A DNA stretch of 60,581 nt, counting the filler. It is 8 parts of 8 records of this genome, joined end to end, with 100 filler letters (N's around TTAATTAATTAA, not from the genome) between each part and the next. Parts side by side here need not be neighbours in the genome. Positions count along the whole stretch, not along the records: positions 44,937 to 55,410 come from SRR31147125_9408; positions 55,511 to 60,581 come from SRR31147125_9415; 6 more parts are not named here. One strand, 5' to 3'. The notes beneath the pieces are model-generated. The model was not told where the DNA came from. It ran no database searches and worked only from the letters and a program-made list of their open reading frames with translations. This document shows, piece after piece, positions 53,201 through 60,581 of this stretch. Numbering within the stretch: position 1 is the stretch's first letter; every line of letters starts with the position of its first letter. The position numbers and the translations under genes are program-made.

Positions 53201-53324
53201 CAATATTTGGCATCTCCTGTTTTGGTATTTTTATATAGCTGTATATACCAAATATTAAAAGTAAAATTGAAAGAAGTAAAATGAGTAGCTTGTGACTTAA
53301 TATATTCTTTATTTTTTTATCCAT
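50226..53324 (-). CDS. RND (AcrB/SwrC-like) efflux permease
   Basis: 1032 aa; GILVDNSIVISE, STLTTVAAFIPL, GIVVNNGILLVE and RLRPILLSSLTT. Confidence 0.92.
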   Translation of the reverse strand: MDKKIKNILSHKLLILLLSILLLIFGIYSYIKIPKQEMPNIDALYGFVQVTAPGLNPEEIKDNVAEPIHDVINEYSNVQGYRTTLLDNVCIIIIEMNLDDSTSEDTLEEIKTKVLYLDRHQNVTDIQFITDMKDSQAIYAIHSSTLSEYDLNNIAEELSQEIAEIKNVIKANVDSAYSEQVVVEIDYQTLNQLPLTIMDIYNIILANAAEIPLGITEFNGEASSIIINSNYESLENIEDIILFSDEYSTYKLSDIAVISLEDTENKKTYEFNSQSAAFVEVFFHEDIDFTVIGDELKTTVEKYASSLDDDVTITPMTFSPQYVKEQVNQVMINLAQCIAIVMLVVLIGLGFRNSLAIAITIPVIVITTITILYLLGQKLELISIAGLIVSIGILVDNSIVISEAAQHYMDLGFKNDASCHKAVKDNSVPILSSTLTTVAAFIPLLALPGIAGDVAYSLPLTVLTAIILSYLVAMTLTPTLAKIFFKPNKKKKAKIKAANGKNKTLEKILNFMFKLSVLPIALSIIILGILSYFVVENLTIDILPKTEASIVYIDYTYEENKNAESYDYAKEIETIVENQPDVINYAFSQGGGLPKFYLTLGTVSELPQNGRFFIEYDCETHELADYMKQLEDDIYPLLENGEITINRLELAQPTAPVQLILTDKKYENLIDLSNEIFAEITELDSFKDGQLIAPDKKTDIILELNKEKIAENQLTIIEVQQQISTHVNGIKNSLYKMDDTLLDIKIKTDIENHDDLLDLNIKSTNGTIVKLKDIAALQEIEKLEYISLYDGTPSITIDAYMADGYSTYDLEDDILEIINKYNDNDINVIKKGDNELTNELLGSILIAFIVALVAIYLIMYFQFKSFIQPLIILMSIPLSFIGSLAALLIMNENITLTGLLGLVSLIGIVVNNGILLVEYINRSVKDGNSIEDSCVLSVSRRLRPILLSSLTTILGIIPLAIFGGDFFRPLAVTFMGGMFTSTLLVLFIIPQLYYITNKKKILLINRIPCINITILWNCIDLPAIINIIKNSR

Positions 53325-53472
53325 TAGGGCTCCTTGTATGCTTTTATATATTTATCTATGCTTTATTAATAGTATTTCAAATTGATAAATAAATATATTG
53401 GTCAAGGGTATGAAAATAGCAGTTTTATAAGTTAATACTTTTGAACTACATACTTTAATACAAAAGTATTAT

Positions 53473-53498
53473 AAAAAAATGCCTGCTACAGCAGACAT
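53473..53498 (-). terminator. Intrinsic terminator after the ferredoxin-like gene
   Basis: Minus strand ATGTCTGC-TGTA-GCAGGCAT followed by a T run. Confidence 0.75.
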
Positions 53499-53522
53499 AA
53501 ATTCAATAATTAAAGAAGGTTA

Positions 53523-53708
53523 TTATTTTTCTAGCTGCAGCGCCCCAGTTGGGCAGTATCTTACGCATTTTCCACAGTCTATACATTTATCATTGTCTAT
53601 CAATGGAGCTCTTACTCCAACCTGAGATAATGCATCTACAGGACATACCATAACCGAAGGGCATCGGTGATTTTGAGGACAACGATACTCAATTACTTTT
53701 AAACTCAT
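53523..53708 (-). CDS. Small 4Fe-4S ferredoxin-like protein
   Basis: CPQNHRCPSVMVCP and CIDCGKCVRYCPTGA. Confidence 0.85.
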   Translation of the reverse strand: MSLKVIEYRCPQNHRCPSVMVCPVDALSQVGVRAPLIDNDKCIDCGKCVRYCPTGALQLEK

Positions 53709-53716
53709 TTTAACTC

Positions 53717-54120
53717 CTATTTGTTTTTATATATTTTCCATCCATTTATTCCAGTTAATAAATTGTGAACTTCCGTAAAATCATTTTCTATTAAAATATT
53801 TGATGCTGTAATGCTTCTGTTGCCGCTTCTGCAATATACCAATACTCTTTTGTCCTTATATTCTATGATTTCATCAATTCTGTCTTCAAGTTCTGTAACT
53901 GGTATTAATACTGAACCATCTATATTACCTTCAACGTATTCTTCCTGTGTTCTAACATCCAGCAGAAGGAAATCTCCTTCCATATTTTTTTCGAATACCT
54001 CTGGTGTATCGTCAATTATTTCTACTTTTTCTACTCTTTTGTGTCAACATTTTCTGCTGTACTTGTATAAGCAGTTAATAATGCTGTATCAGCTATTAGT
54101 ATGTATACTAATTTTCTCAT
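53717..54120 (-). CDS. Rhodanese-like domain protein; N-terminal signal segment frameshifted (~54035)
   Basis: LLDVRT...YCRSGNRS...GINGW. Upstream, MRKLVYILIADTALLTAYTS begins at 54120 in another frame. Confidence 0.8.
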
Positions 54121-54440
54121 TATATCTCTTTTGTTTTCTCAATTATTTTTCGGTAGAATGCCCCTGGTTTAACACCTACAGTTTTACCTATTATTTTACC
54201 TTTTTTAATTATAAATACGGCTGGTGTTGAGGTAATTTCAAAGAGTTTTGATAGATTGTCTTCCTTATCAATGTTTATAGTACCAACTATAAGATTATCA
54301 TCATATTCCATATGCAGCCTGTGTATGACTGGTGTTAGTATTCTGCTTGCTCCGCACCATTCAGCCCAGAAATACAGTAATAAGGTTTTATTTTCTGACA
54401 AAACTTTTTCATAATTTTCTAGCGTAATGGTTTTTAACAT
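54120..54440 (-). CDS. Thioredoxin-family protein with CxxS active site
   Basis: LLYFWAEWCGASRIL...FEITSTPA...VG. Confidence 0.85.
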   Translation of the reverse strand: MLKTITLENYEKVLSENKTLLLYFWAEWCGASRILTPVIHRLHMEYDDNLIVGTINIDKEDNLSKLFEITSTPAVFIIKKGKIIGKTVGVKPGAFYRKIIEKTKEI

Positions 54441-54650
54441 AAAAAATCCTTTCGCTAGCATATTATTCGAATAAATAATATACTAAATCTATTTTCAATA
54501 ATGTAACTTTATCACCTAGGATATTTACATACATTTAATATACCCGTTTTGCTTAGCTATACTCTTAAAAACTTTTTGTAGAATTAATTTGACTATATAA
54601 AGACATATCATTAATCATATTTACATATATTTTATGGGAGGTGACGTTAT

Positions 54651-54821
54651 ATGAAAAATCAAAAGAACATAAGGACATTTATTATAAGTACAAAGGGAAT
54701 ATTTGGTTCTAAAAGAATACTAGAGCATGTAAAAAATAATATTGGTAAAAAAAAGATTGACGAAAATGATGCAGATAAAATCGTTAATGAAGTTAAAAGC
54801 CAAATTAAAGATGAAAACTAG
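54651..54821 (+). CDS. Small hypothetical protein, 56 aa (below ORF-track cutoff)
   Basis: Strong RBS GGGAGGTG, open frame MKNQKNIRTFIISTKG...QIKDEN, followed by a terminator. Confidence 0.6.
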   Translation: MKNQKNIRTFIISTKGIFGSKRILEHVKNNIGKKKIDENDADKIVNEVKSQIKDEN

Positions 54822-54833
54822 TAATAGGAAAGC

Positions 54834-54861
54834 AAAAAGGGACACCAAAATGTCCCTTTTT
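54834..54861. terminator. Bidirectional intrinsic terminator
   Basis: AAAAAGGGACA-CCAAAA-TGTCCCTTTTT. Confidence 0.8.
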
Positions 54862-54913
54862 AAATGCCTTTAAAGGATACTCATAAATTTTACCGGTAGA
54901 ATTTATGAATACA

Positions 54914-55410
54914 TTAGTCTTGAGTGAATACTGGTGTTACTGTGAAAGATGTTTCTCTCATAGTAGTGTAAGGTATTCCTGAACTATCATCGATTTCTAA
55001 TACTAAAGTTAGTAAGCAGTAATCTGATGTACCAGCAAGTATACCTACATTTGAAGATGAAGCATCTACAGTTGTAGTGATTGCATCTAAGTGACCGCTG
55101 CCGTCTATTGATTGAGCAAGAGAGCCGCTTACATATTCTTCAATTGTCCAGTCAAGTTGTGTTTCTGATTGTAGTGTTTGTGCTGTACCTGGGAAAGTAA
55201 TGTTTATGCCTGTTAGCAATACATCAATTGAACCTTCGTTTTCAATTCTGTAAGTTAAAGTTACAACATCTCCAGGGATAAAGTTATTGATTCCTTCTGT
55301 TACTGAATCAGTTGGGCTTGCAGTACTAATAGTTGATGGGGTTGGTGTATCCAAATATGTGATTACACTTAAACCTGATGGTGGAGTAACATTTTCTGTT
55401 CTTTCAACTA
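54914..55410 (-). CDS. TasA/camelysin-like secreted protein, C-terminal part (5' truncated)
   Basis: INNFIPGDVVTLTYRIENEGSIDV resembles the TasA-family PGD...NxGS motif; S/T-rich. Confidence 0.55.
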
Positions 55411-55510
55411 NNNNNNNNNNNNNNNNNNNNNNNNNNNNNNNNNNNNNNNNNNNNTTAATTAATTAANNNNNNNNNNNNNNNNNNNNNNNNNNNNNNNNNN
55501 NNNNNNNNNN
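55411..55510. other. Artificial contig spacer
   Basis: N44-TTAATTAATTAA-N44. Confidence 0.98.
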
Positions 55511-56114
55511 AAGTCCTGCTGCTCGTAACGCGGTACTTAACTCAGGAATGTTTGGTGGATTTTTCAAGACAGTAAAAGATTATATTCAGCCTTTGATTGC
55601 TGCAATGGCGATTGCAAAACTGCTGTTTCCCAATTTGAGCGACGAGCAGGGATCAGCTCTTCTTATAGGCATGATCTATACAGTTCTCTATGTGATCAAC
55701 TCGTTCAGCTCGAAAAAATCGGCCGGATTAGTTAAGGTTTTCGGCAGTTCAGGGGCCGGGGTCGACCGCCTGTTTCAACTCGGGGCAGTGGTTATTTTGG
55801 GTGTCGGTATCGCATTGCTGCTTGATGTGCCTTTTGCAGCGGTGCTTTTATTGCTGCTGATCTATGTAATCAGGAATCTGAGGCGGCCGATGGAAGTGGA
55901 CTTTGTCAGTAGTCAGATCTCAAGCGGTGCTATGGCAGCCGGGTTGTCAGGAGAATCGCAGGTGCAGAGTCTGATAACCGCAATAGCCGCCCCATTACTT
56001 GGATATTTGGTGGATTCCCTGGGTTTGGGATATGCATTCCTCATTCTTGGAGCTGCTGCAATAGCAGGAAGCATATTATTTCGGGTTTCCAGGAAATTTC
56101 ACACGATTCAATGA
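55511..56114 (+). CDS. MFS transporter, C-terminal half (5' truncated)
   Basis: Multiple TM segments; APLLGYLVDSLGLGYAF is typical of an MFS C-terminus. Confidence 0.75.
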
Positions 56115-56226
56115 TGCTGATTACTGGATTATTATGCATGTTTTTTGTATCTTGTATTGCAGTGGGACATCCATAGTGCATACAGATTGTATGGCAAGAT
56201 GGAAATAGCGCATAAGGAAATTATAT

Positions 56227-57000
56227 ATGATTGGTTTTTTCATGAAAAAAGCATTCTTTGACGGTTGGGATAACCTGATAGGTCTGATCATCCAGAATAT
56301 CGGATTCGTTCTGTGTCTGGCTTTAGGATATGGTGCTTTTCTTTCATTCCAGGTAAGTATTTTTCTGGGACTGTTTCTCTGTCTGATTTTTTTGCTGGTA
56401 GTAAATTTCTACATCGGTGGAGTATCGTTTTTTGTTAAGGAATATGCTTTTTATCAGCGGCCCGGAATAAAGTTATTCATTGAATACATTAAAGAGAGCT
56501 GGAAGCATGCATTGCTGAATACCGGATTGTCTGCTGTCCTGCTGGTTATGATTTTCTTTGTTATTCCGTTCTATGCCGGCATGGAGGGACTGCTTAGTGC
56601 TGTAATTATTGCACTGTTGTTTTGGCTGACTCTTTTTTCAGTTATGGCCTTGTTCTATTTTTTTCCGCTTGCAAGACAACTGGATAATACTCCGAAAAAA
56701 GCACTGAAAAAGTGTTTTCTGATAGTCTTCGATAATATTGGGTTTTCATTTTTTCTGCTCTTTTACACAATAATCAATGCTGTACTCTCTATTCTGACGG
56801 CATTCCTGATTCCGGGGTTTGCATCAATACTTATGTCGCATCAGATTGCAATCAAGCTGATTATGTACAAGTATGACTACCTGGAAGAAAATCCGGACGC
56901 GAATCGCAGAAAAATTCCCTGGAATGCAATCCTGATTGATGAAAAAGACAGGGTGGGGCATCGTACACTGCGTGGAATGATTTTCCCATGGAAAGAATAG
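56227..57000 (+). CDS. Conserved hypothetical integral membrane protein
   Basis: About six hydrophobic segments and a basic C-terminal tail ending IFPWKE. Confidence 0.7.
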   Translation: MIGFFMKKAFFDGWDNLIGLIIQNIGFVLCLALGYGAFLSFQVSIFLGLFLCLIFLLVVNFYIGGVSFFVKEYAFYQRPGIKLFIEYIKESWKHALLNTGLSAVLLVMIFFVIPFYAGMEGLLSAVIIALLFWLTLFSVMALFYFFPLARQLDNTPKKALKKCFLIVFDNIGFSFFLLFYTIINAVLSILTAFLIPGFASILMSHQIAIKLIMYKYDYLEENPDANRRKIPWNAILIDEKDRVGHRTLRGMIFPWKE

Positions 57001-57003
57001 CGG

Positions 57004-57555
57004 ATGGCGATTGAAATTGAACTGAAAGTCCATATTCCATCGGTTGCGTGGATGCAGGAAGTCCTGCTGAAACAGTATGGTTTAAGTGAAGGACTCAGTT
57101 ATACAAAAAAAGATATCTATTTTGCTTTGCCGCAGACTCCTGAATTTACTCAATTCAGATTGCGGGCGATAGGCGATACCTATGTTGTCACTAAGAAAAT
57201 TAAACGAATTGATAATAAAATTGAAGTCAGTGATGAAATTGAATTTGAAGTGAGTGATCCTGAGGCGTTTATCCGTTTTGTGCTTGAATCAGGCTATATA
57301 CATGCCATCAGTAAAGTAAAACGGGGATATGCGTATAAGTATAATGACATCACTATTGAAGTTTCCGATGTCGATGAACTGGGTGCCTTTACCGAGTTTG
57401 AGATACTGACTGATGATAGCAGTCCGGAAAATGTTGAAAAATCTAAAGAAAACCTGCTTGCCTGTCTCTCTGAACTGGGGATTGATCAGTCCCAAATAGA
57501 GTGGAAAACCTATACCATGATGCTTAGAGATAGGCAGAATGACAATAAATCATAA
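57004..57555 (+). CDS. CYTH domain protein (class IV adenylate cyclase-like)
   Basis: N-terminal EIELK (ExExK), DIYF, RLR, KVKR and FTEFE. Confidence 0.88.
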   Translation: MAIEIELKVHIPSVAWMQEVLLKQYGLSEGLSYTKKDIYFALPQTPEFTQFRLRAIGDTYVVTKKIKRIDNKIEVSDEIEFEVSDPEAFIRFVLESGYIHAISKVKRGYAYKYNDITIEVSDVDELGAFTEFEILTDDSSPENVEKSKENLLACLSELGIDQSQIEWKTYTMMLRDRQNDNKS

Positions 57556-57563
57556 TTGTGCCG

Positions 57564-57602
57564 CAGGCCAAAGATCACAGGTCAAAGATCACAGGCCAAA
57601 GA
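57564..57602. repeat. Tandem 14-bp repeat, ~2.8 copies
   Basis: CAGGCCAAAGATCA / CAGGTCAAAGATCA / CAGGCCAAAGA in the gap between convergent genes. Confidence 0.8.
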
Positions 57603-57616
57603 CTGCAGAATGATGA

Positions 57617-58636
57617 TCAGCGAACGGAAAACGCGTGGATAGTCAGCTGTCTGTAGATTTCTCCCGGATTAAGACGAGGCTGAGGGAAATCGGCATGGTT
57701 CATTGCATCCGGCAGTTCACCGGTTTCCAGACAGTATGCGGCATGTTTTGGTTCTGAGAAATTATCGCTGTAAAACTGAACTCCAGGTGCATTTGTAATA
57801 ACTATCATCTCTCTTCCACTTTTTGGGTCATACACTGCCGCCGCCGCTCTGGTTTCTGCGGTTGGGGTATCAGTAAGTAGGTAATTATTATCATACCCCA
57901 AACCTTTATTCGGCACGGTTATTTCGGCACCAATGCGCTTGAATGAACGCAAATCAAATGCCGATTCCGCGACATCAAAATATTGCCCCGTTGGTAAAAA
58001 CTGTTCATCAACATCCACAATCCTATCAGAGTGTATCAGAATCTCCTGATCATAAATGTTCCCTTCGGCTATTTCCCCACGTAAATTCCAGTAAGTGTGG
58101 TTGGTGAGGCTTATGTAGGTGGGTTTGTCTGTCGCTGCTTCATACAGGAAATGAAGTTCATTTTTCTCAGTCAGAGTGATAGTCAGAGCTGTATCCACGG
58201 TGCCTGGATATCCTTGATCACCGTCCGGACTTGTCAGCGTGAGTTTTACCGAAGCACGCTCTTTCTCAAGCATAGGAAATGCTTCCCAGACTTTTGTATG
58301 AAAGCCGCCGATTCCGCCATGAAGCTGACAATTTACTGAATTTTTCTGGATATCATACGTTGTTTCATCTATCACGAAGCTGGCATTTGCTATGCGGTTG
58401 GCGTAACGTCCGATAGTTGCACCCATATAGTTGTTCGGGTTCTCATATTCGGTAAAAGACGGGAAATTTCTCGTCAGTTCAGCTATGCGGCCATTCCTGT
58501 CAGGACCTTTAAATGATCGCAGATACGCGCCATAAGTGATAACTTCGCAAGAGTATCCTTGAGAGTTTGATATAGCGATTATATCAACTTTTTTGCCGTC
58601 TTTTGTGGTTCCGAAGTGATTTCTTGTAATATCCAT
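57617..58636 (-). CDS. galM: Aldose 1-epimerase (galactose mutarotase)
   Basis: GATIGRYANRI, LHGG, DGDQGYPG, LTNHTYWNL, GYDNNY and YCLET. Confidence 0.92.
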   Translation of the reverse strand: MDITRNHFGTTKDGKKVDIIAISNSQGYSCEVITYGAYLRSFKGPDRNGRIAELTRNFPSFTEYENPNNYMGATIGRYANRIANASFVIDETTYDIQKNSVNCQLHGGIGGFHTKVWEAFPMLEKERASVKLTLTSPDGDQGYPGTVDTALTITLTEKNELHFLYEAATDKPTYISLTNHTYWNLRGEIAEGNIYDQEILIHSDRIVDVDEQFLPTGQYFDVAESAFDLRSFKRIGAEITVPNKGLGYDNNYLLTDTPTAETRAAAAVYDPKSGREMIVITNAPGVQFYSDNFSEPKHAAYCLETGELPDAMNHADFPQPRLNPGEIYRQLTIHAFSVR

Positions 58637-58699
58637 GGAGACATATTAAGAAAATTGGATATAGTAGTCAATGAACTGCATGTATGCTACAGTAACTGT

Positions 58700-58975
58700 A
58701 TGGAATGGAAAGCAAGTCATATACTGGTTAAAGAACGAGGTCTGGCGGAGCAGTTGGTCAGAAAGGTGAAACAGGGCGCGAATTTTTCGGCTCTGGCACG
58801 GGATTTTTCCACCTGTCCAAGTAAAAGTAAAGGTGGTGACCTGGGTTGGTTTGGCCCGGGTAAGATGGTGCCTGCTTTTGAATCCGCCGTTAAACGGTTA
58901 GGAGTCGGCGCAGTTAGTAATATCGTGCAGACGCAGTTCGGATACCATATTATCAAACTAACCGCAAAACGATAA
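58700..58975 (+). CDS. ppiC: Parvulin peptidyl-prolyl isomerase PpiC
   Basis: ASHILVK...FSTCPS...GGDLGWFGPGKMVPAFE...VQTQFGYHII; start at MEWKAS. Confidence 0.9.
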   Translation: MEWKASHILVKERGLAEQLVRKVKQGANFSALARDFSTCPSKSKGGDLGWFGPGKMVPAFESAVKRLGVGAVSNIVQTQFGYHIIKLTAKR

Positions 58976-59057
58976 TTACAGGAACAAACAGAGTATCTTT
59001 AATTGAATCATAACCGTAATGTCTATGTACGGGAAGAGGGAGTGTGATCATATTCCC

Positions 59058-59085
59058 TTGACATTCTGGAGAATATTGTTAGGAT
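59058..59085 (+). promoter_or_regulatory. Sigma70 promoter immediately before trkA
   Basis: TTGACA-N16-TAGGAT with TG extension, ending 7 nt before the ATG. Confidence 0.5.
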
Positions 59086-59092
59086 TTTTGAC

Positions 59093-60483
59093 ATGACTGT
59101 AATAATTTTGGGCGCCGGAAGAGTTGGTCTTCAACTGGCACGTCAGCTGGTTAATGAGCATAAAGAGGTCGTGATAATTGAAAAGGACCCGAAAAGGGCA
59201 CAGGATGTATCACGACAGTTGGACTGTTTAACTATCAATGATGTCGGAAACAGTCTTGAAGGATTGGAAAAAGCCGGAATTGAACAGGCTGATTTTTTCG
59301 TCAGTGTTACTGAGTCAGATGAAATCAATATGATTTCGTGTGCGTTGGTAGCAAGCACCTACAAAAAGCCGGTTACAATCGCCCGAGTTCGAAATCTGGA
59401 CTATTCAAATACCTGGGATCAAAAAACCGATTTTCTGGGAATTGACCACATAATAAATCCGGAAATTGAAGTTGCGCAAACCATTGCCCGTGCGGTTGAG
59501 TACGGTGCGGTAAGTTCCGTAGTCGATTTTGAAACATCCAATCTGCAGATGCGGAATATCCTGGTTGAGGCCGGATCTGTTTTTGATGGTGAGGATCTTG
59601 CAGATTTGCGAATGAAGCTGCAGGTGCCGTTTATTATCGCAGTACTTGAACGGGAAGATAAAATGATTATTCCTACCGGAGCCACACAGCTTCAGGCAGG
59701 TGATCATATCTGGATTCTTGCCGATTCAAATGACTTTGAAACAATTCTAAAATACATTGATAAAACTCAAGTCTACCTGAAGAATATCGTATTGGCAGGC
59801 GGTGGCAATATCGGGATGTATATCGCACAGTACCTTATAGAAGATTGGTCTTTGAAGTCCGGTTTATTTAAGGGATTTATGCAGAAACAGAAACCAATGC
59901 TGATCAGTAGAAGAAATGTTCACATTGTAGAAAATAATTATAACCGTTGCAAAGAGTTGGCAGAAATGCTGCCAACCGTTCAGATTACCAATGCCGATAT
60001 CTCTGAGGAGCATGTCCTGGAAGAGGGGCGTTTTCACAGCTATGATCTGCTTATTACGGCTACAGGGAATCAGGAGCTGAATATTGTAACCGCGGCATAT
60101 GCCAGAAAGGCGGGAATACCGAAATCGCTTGCTTTGGTGAAAAAAGCAGTACAGCGGATATTGCCCGCAGCCTTGGTGTTGATGTCGCAATTAGTATTAA
60201 TGAGACCCTGGTTGGCAGCATACAAAAAATTATCCGTAAAAATTATGCGAAAAGCGTCTACAATTTCAGTGATTCCAATCTTGAAATGTTGGAAATTGCC
60301 GTATCAAGCCGACCGGAAATTGCGGGGAAACAGATAAAACATATCAAGCTTCCCGGTAAATCTCTCATCGTCATGATTACGAGAAAGGGTGAGTATATCA
60401 TTCCCTATGGAGATCTTATTCTCAAGGAAGAGGATTATCTCATGATTGTCACAACTAAGGACAATATACGGGAGTTTGAATGA
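59093..60483 (+). CDS. trkA: Trk system potassium uptake NAD-binding protein TrkA; apparent frameshift at ~60143
   Basis: IILGAGRVG, VTESDEIN, TIARVRN, INPE and a second Rossmann LAGGGNIG. One extra A in the A6 run joins the C-terminal RCK-C ORF (60286-60483). Confidence 0.88.
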
Positions 60484-60581
60484 TAAACTGGCGTGCTTTG
60501 CTTCATGTGCTTTCACTGCTGATTATCATCGTCTCTCTTTTTCTCCTCGCACCGATTCTGGTTGGGATCTACTATAAAGAG
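60480..60581 (+). CDS. trkH: Probable TrkH potassium uptake membrane protein, N-terminus (3' truncated)
   Basis: ATGA overlap with the trkA stop; MINWRALLHVLSLLIIIVSLFLLAPILVGIYYKE resembles TrkH TM1. Confidence 0.7.
   Translation, partial: MINWRALLHVLSLLIIIVSLFLLAPILVGIYYKE

Noticed and set aside
59093-60483. Programmed frameshift or pseudogene status for trkA and other split genes
   Set aside because: No other decay and no stimulatory structure noticed. Homopolymer error is the simpler explanation.

Overview
This is not one genomic locus. It is eight unrelated bacterial contigs joined by artificial N44-TTAATTAATTAA-N44 spacers: 1-5026, 5127-15594, 15695-25729, 25830-32980, 33081-38637, 38738-44836, 44937-55410 and 55511-60581. 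GC content and gene style differ sharply between pieces, as in a metagenome. Most content is housekeeping or metabolic: pmbA-recN; a sugar-catabolism cluster; nrdJ; recB/hemW/yjgA; a beta-glucoside PTS cluster; transporters and a hybrid kinase; phosphosugar mutase-manA; galM-ppiC-trkAH. About seven genes are split by small deletions in homopolymers or short repeats that look like sequencing error. Four signals missed by the ORF track stand out. (1) A plasmid-type Rep_3 initiator homologue (35682-36854) sits inside a PTS/GH1 sugar cluster where a regulator is expected, with face-to-face consensus promoters and no plasmid context; it may be a domesticated transcription factor. (2) An in-frame TGA at 5887 joins two ORFs into a probable exported selenoprotein (UxxC Trx fold + TPR + DsbD-N-like domain) with a SECIS-like hairpin. 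(3) A Phe/Tyr-rich leader peptide attenuator lies in front of DAHP synthase (32524-32668). (4) A candidate ~83-nt sRNA is divergent from an Lrp regulator (48638-48720). I found no CRISPR array, rRNA or tRNA. All family assignments come from motif recognition by eye, not database searches.
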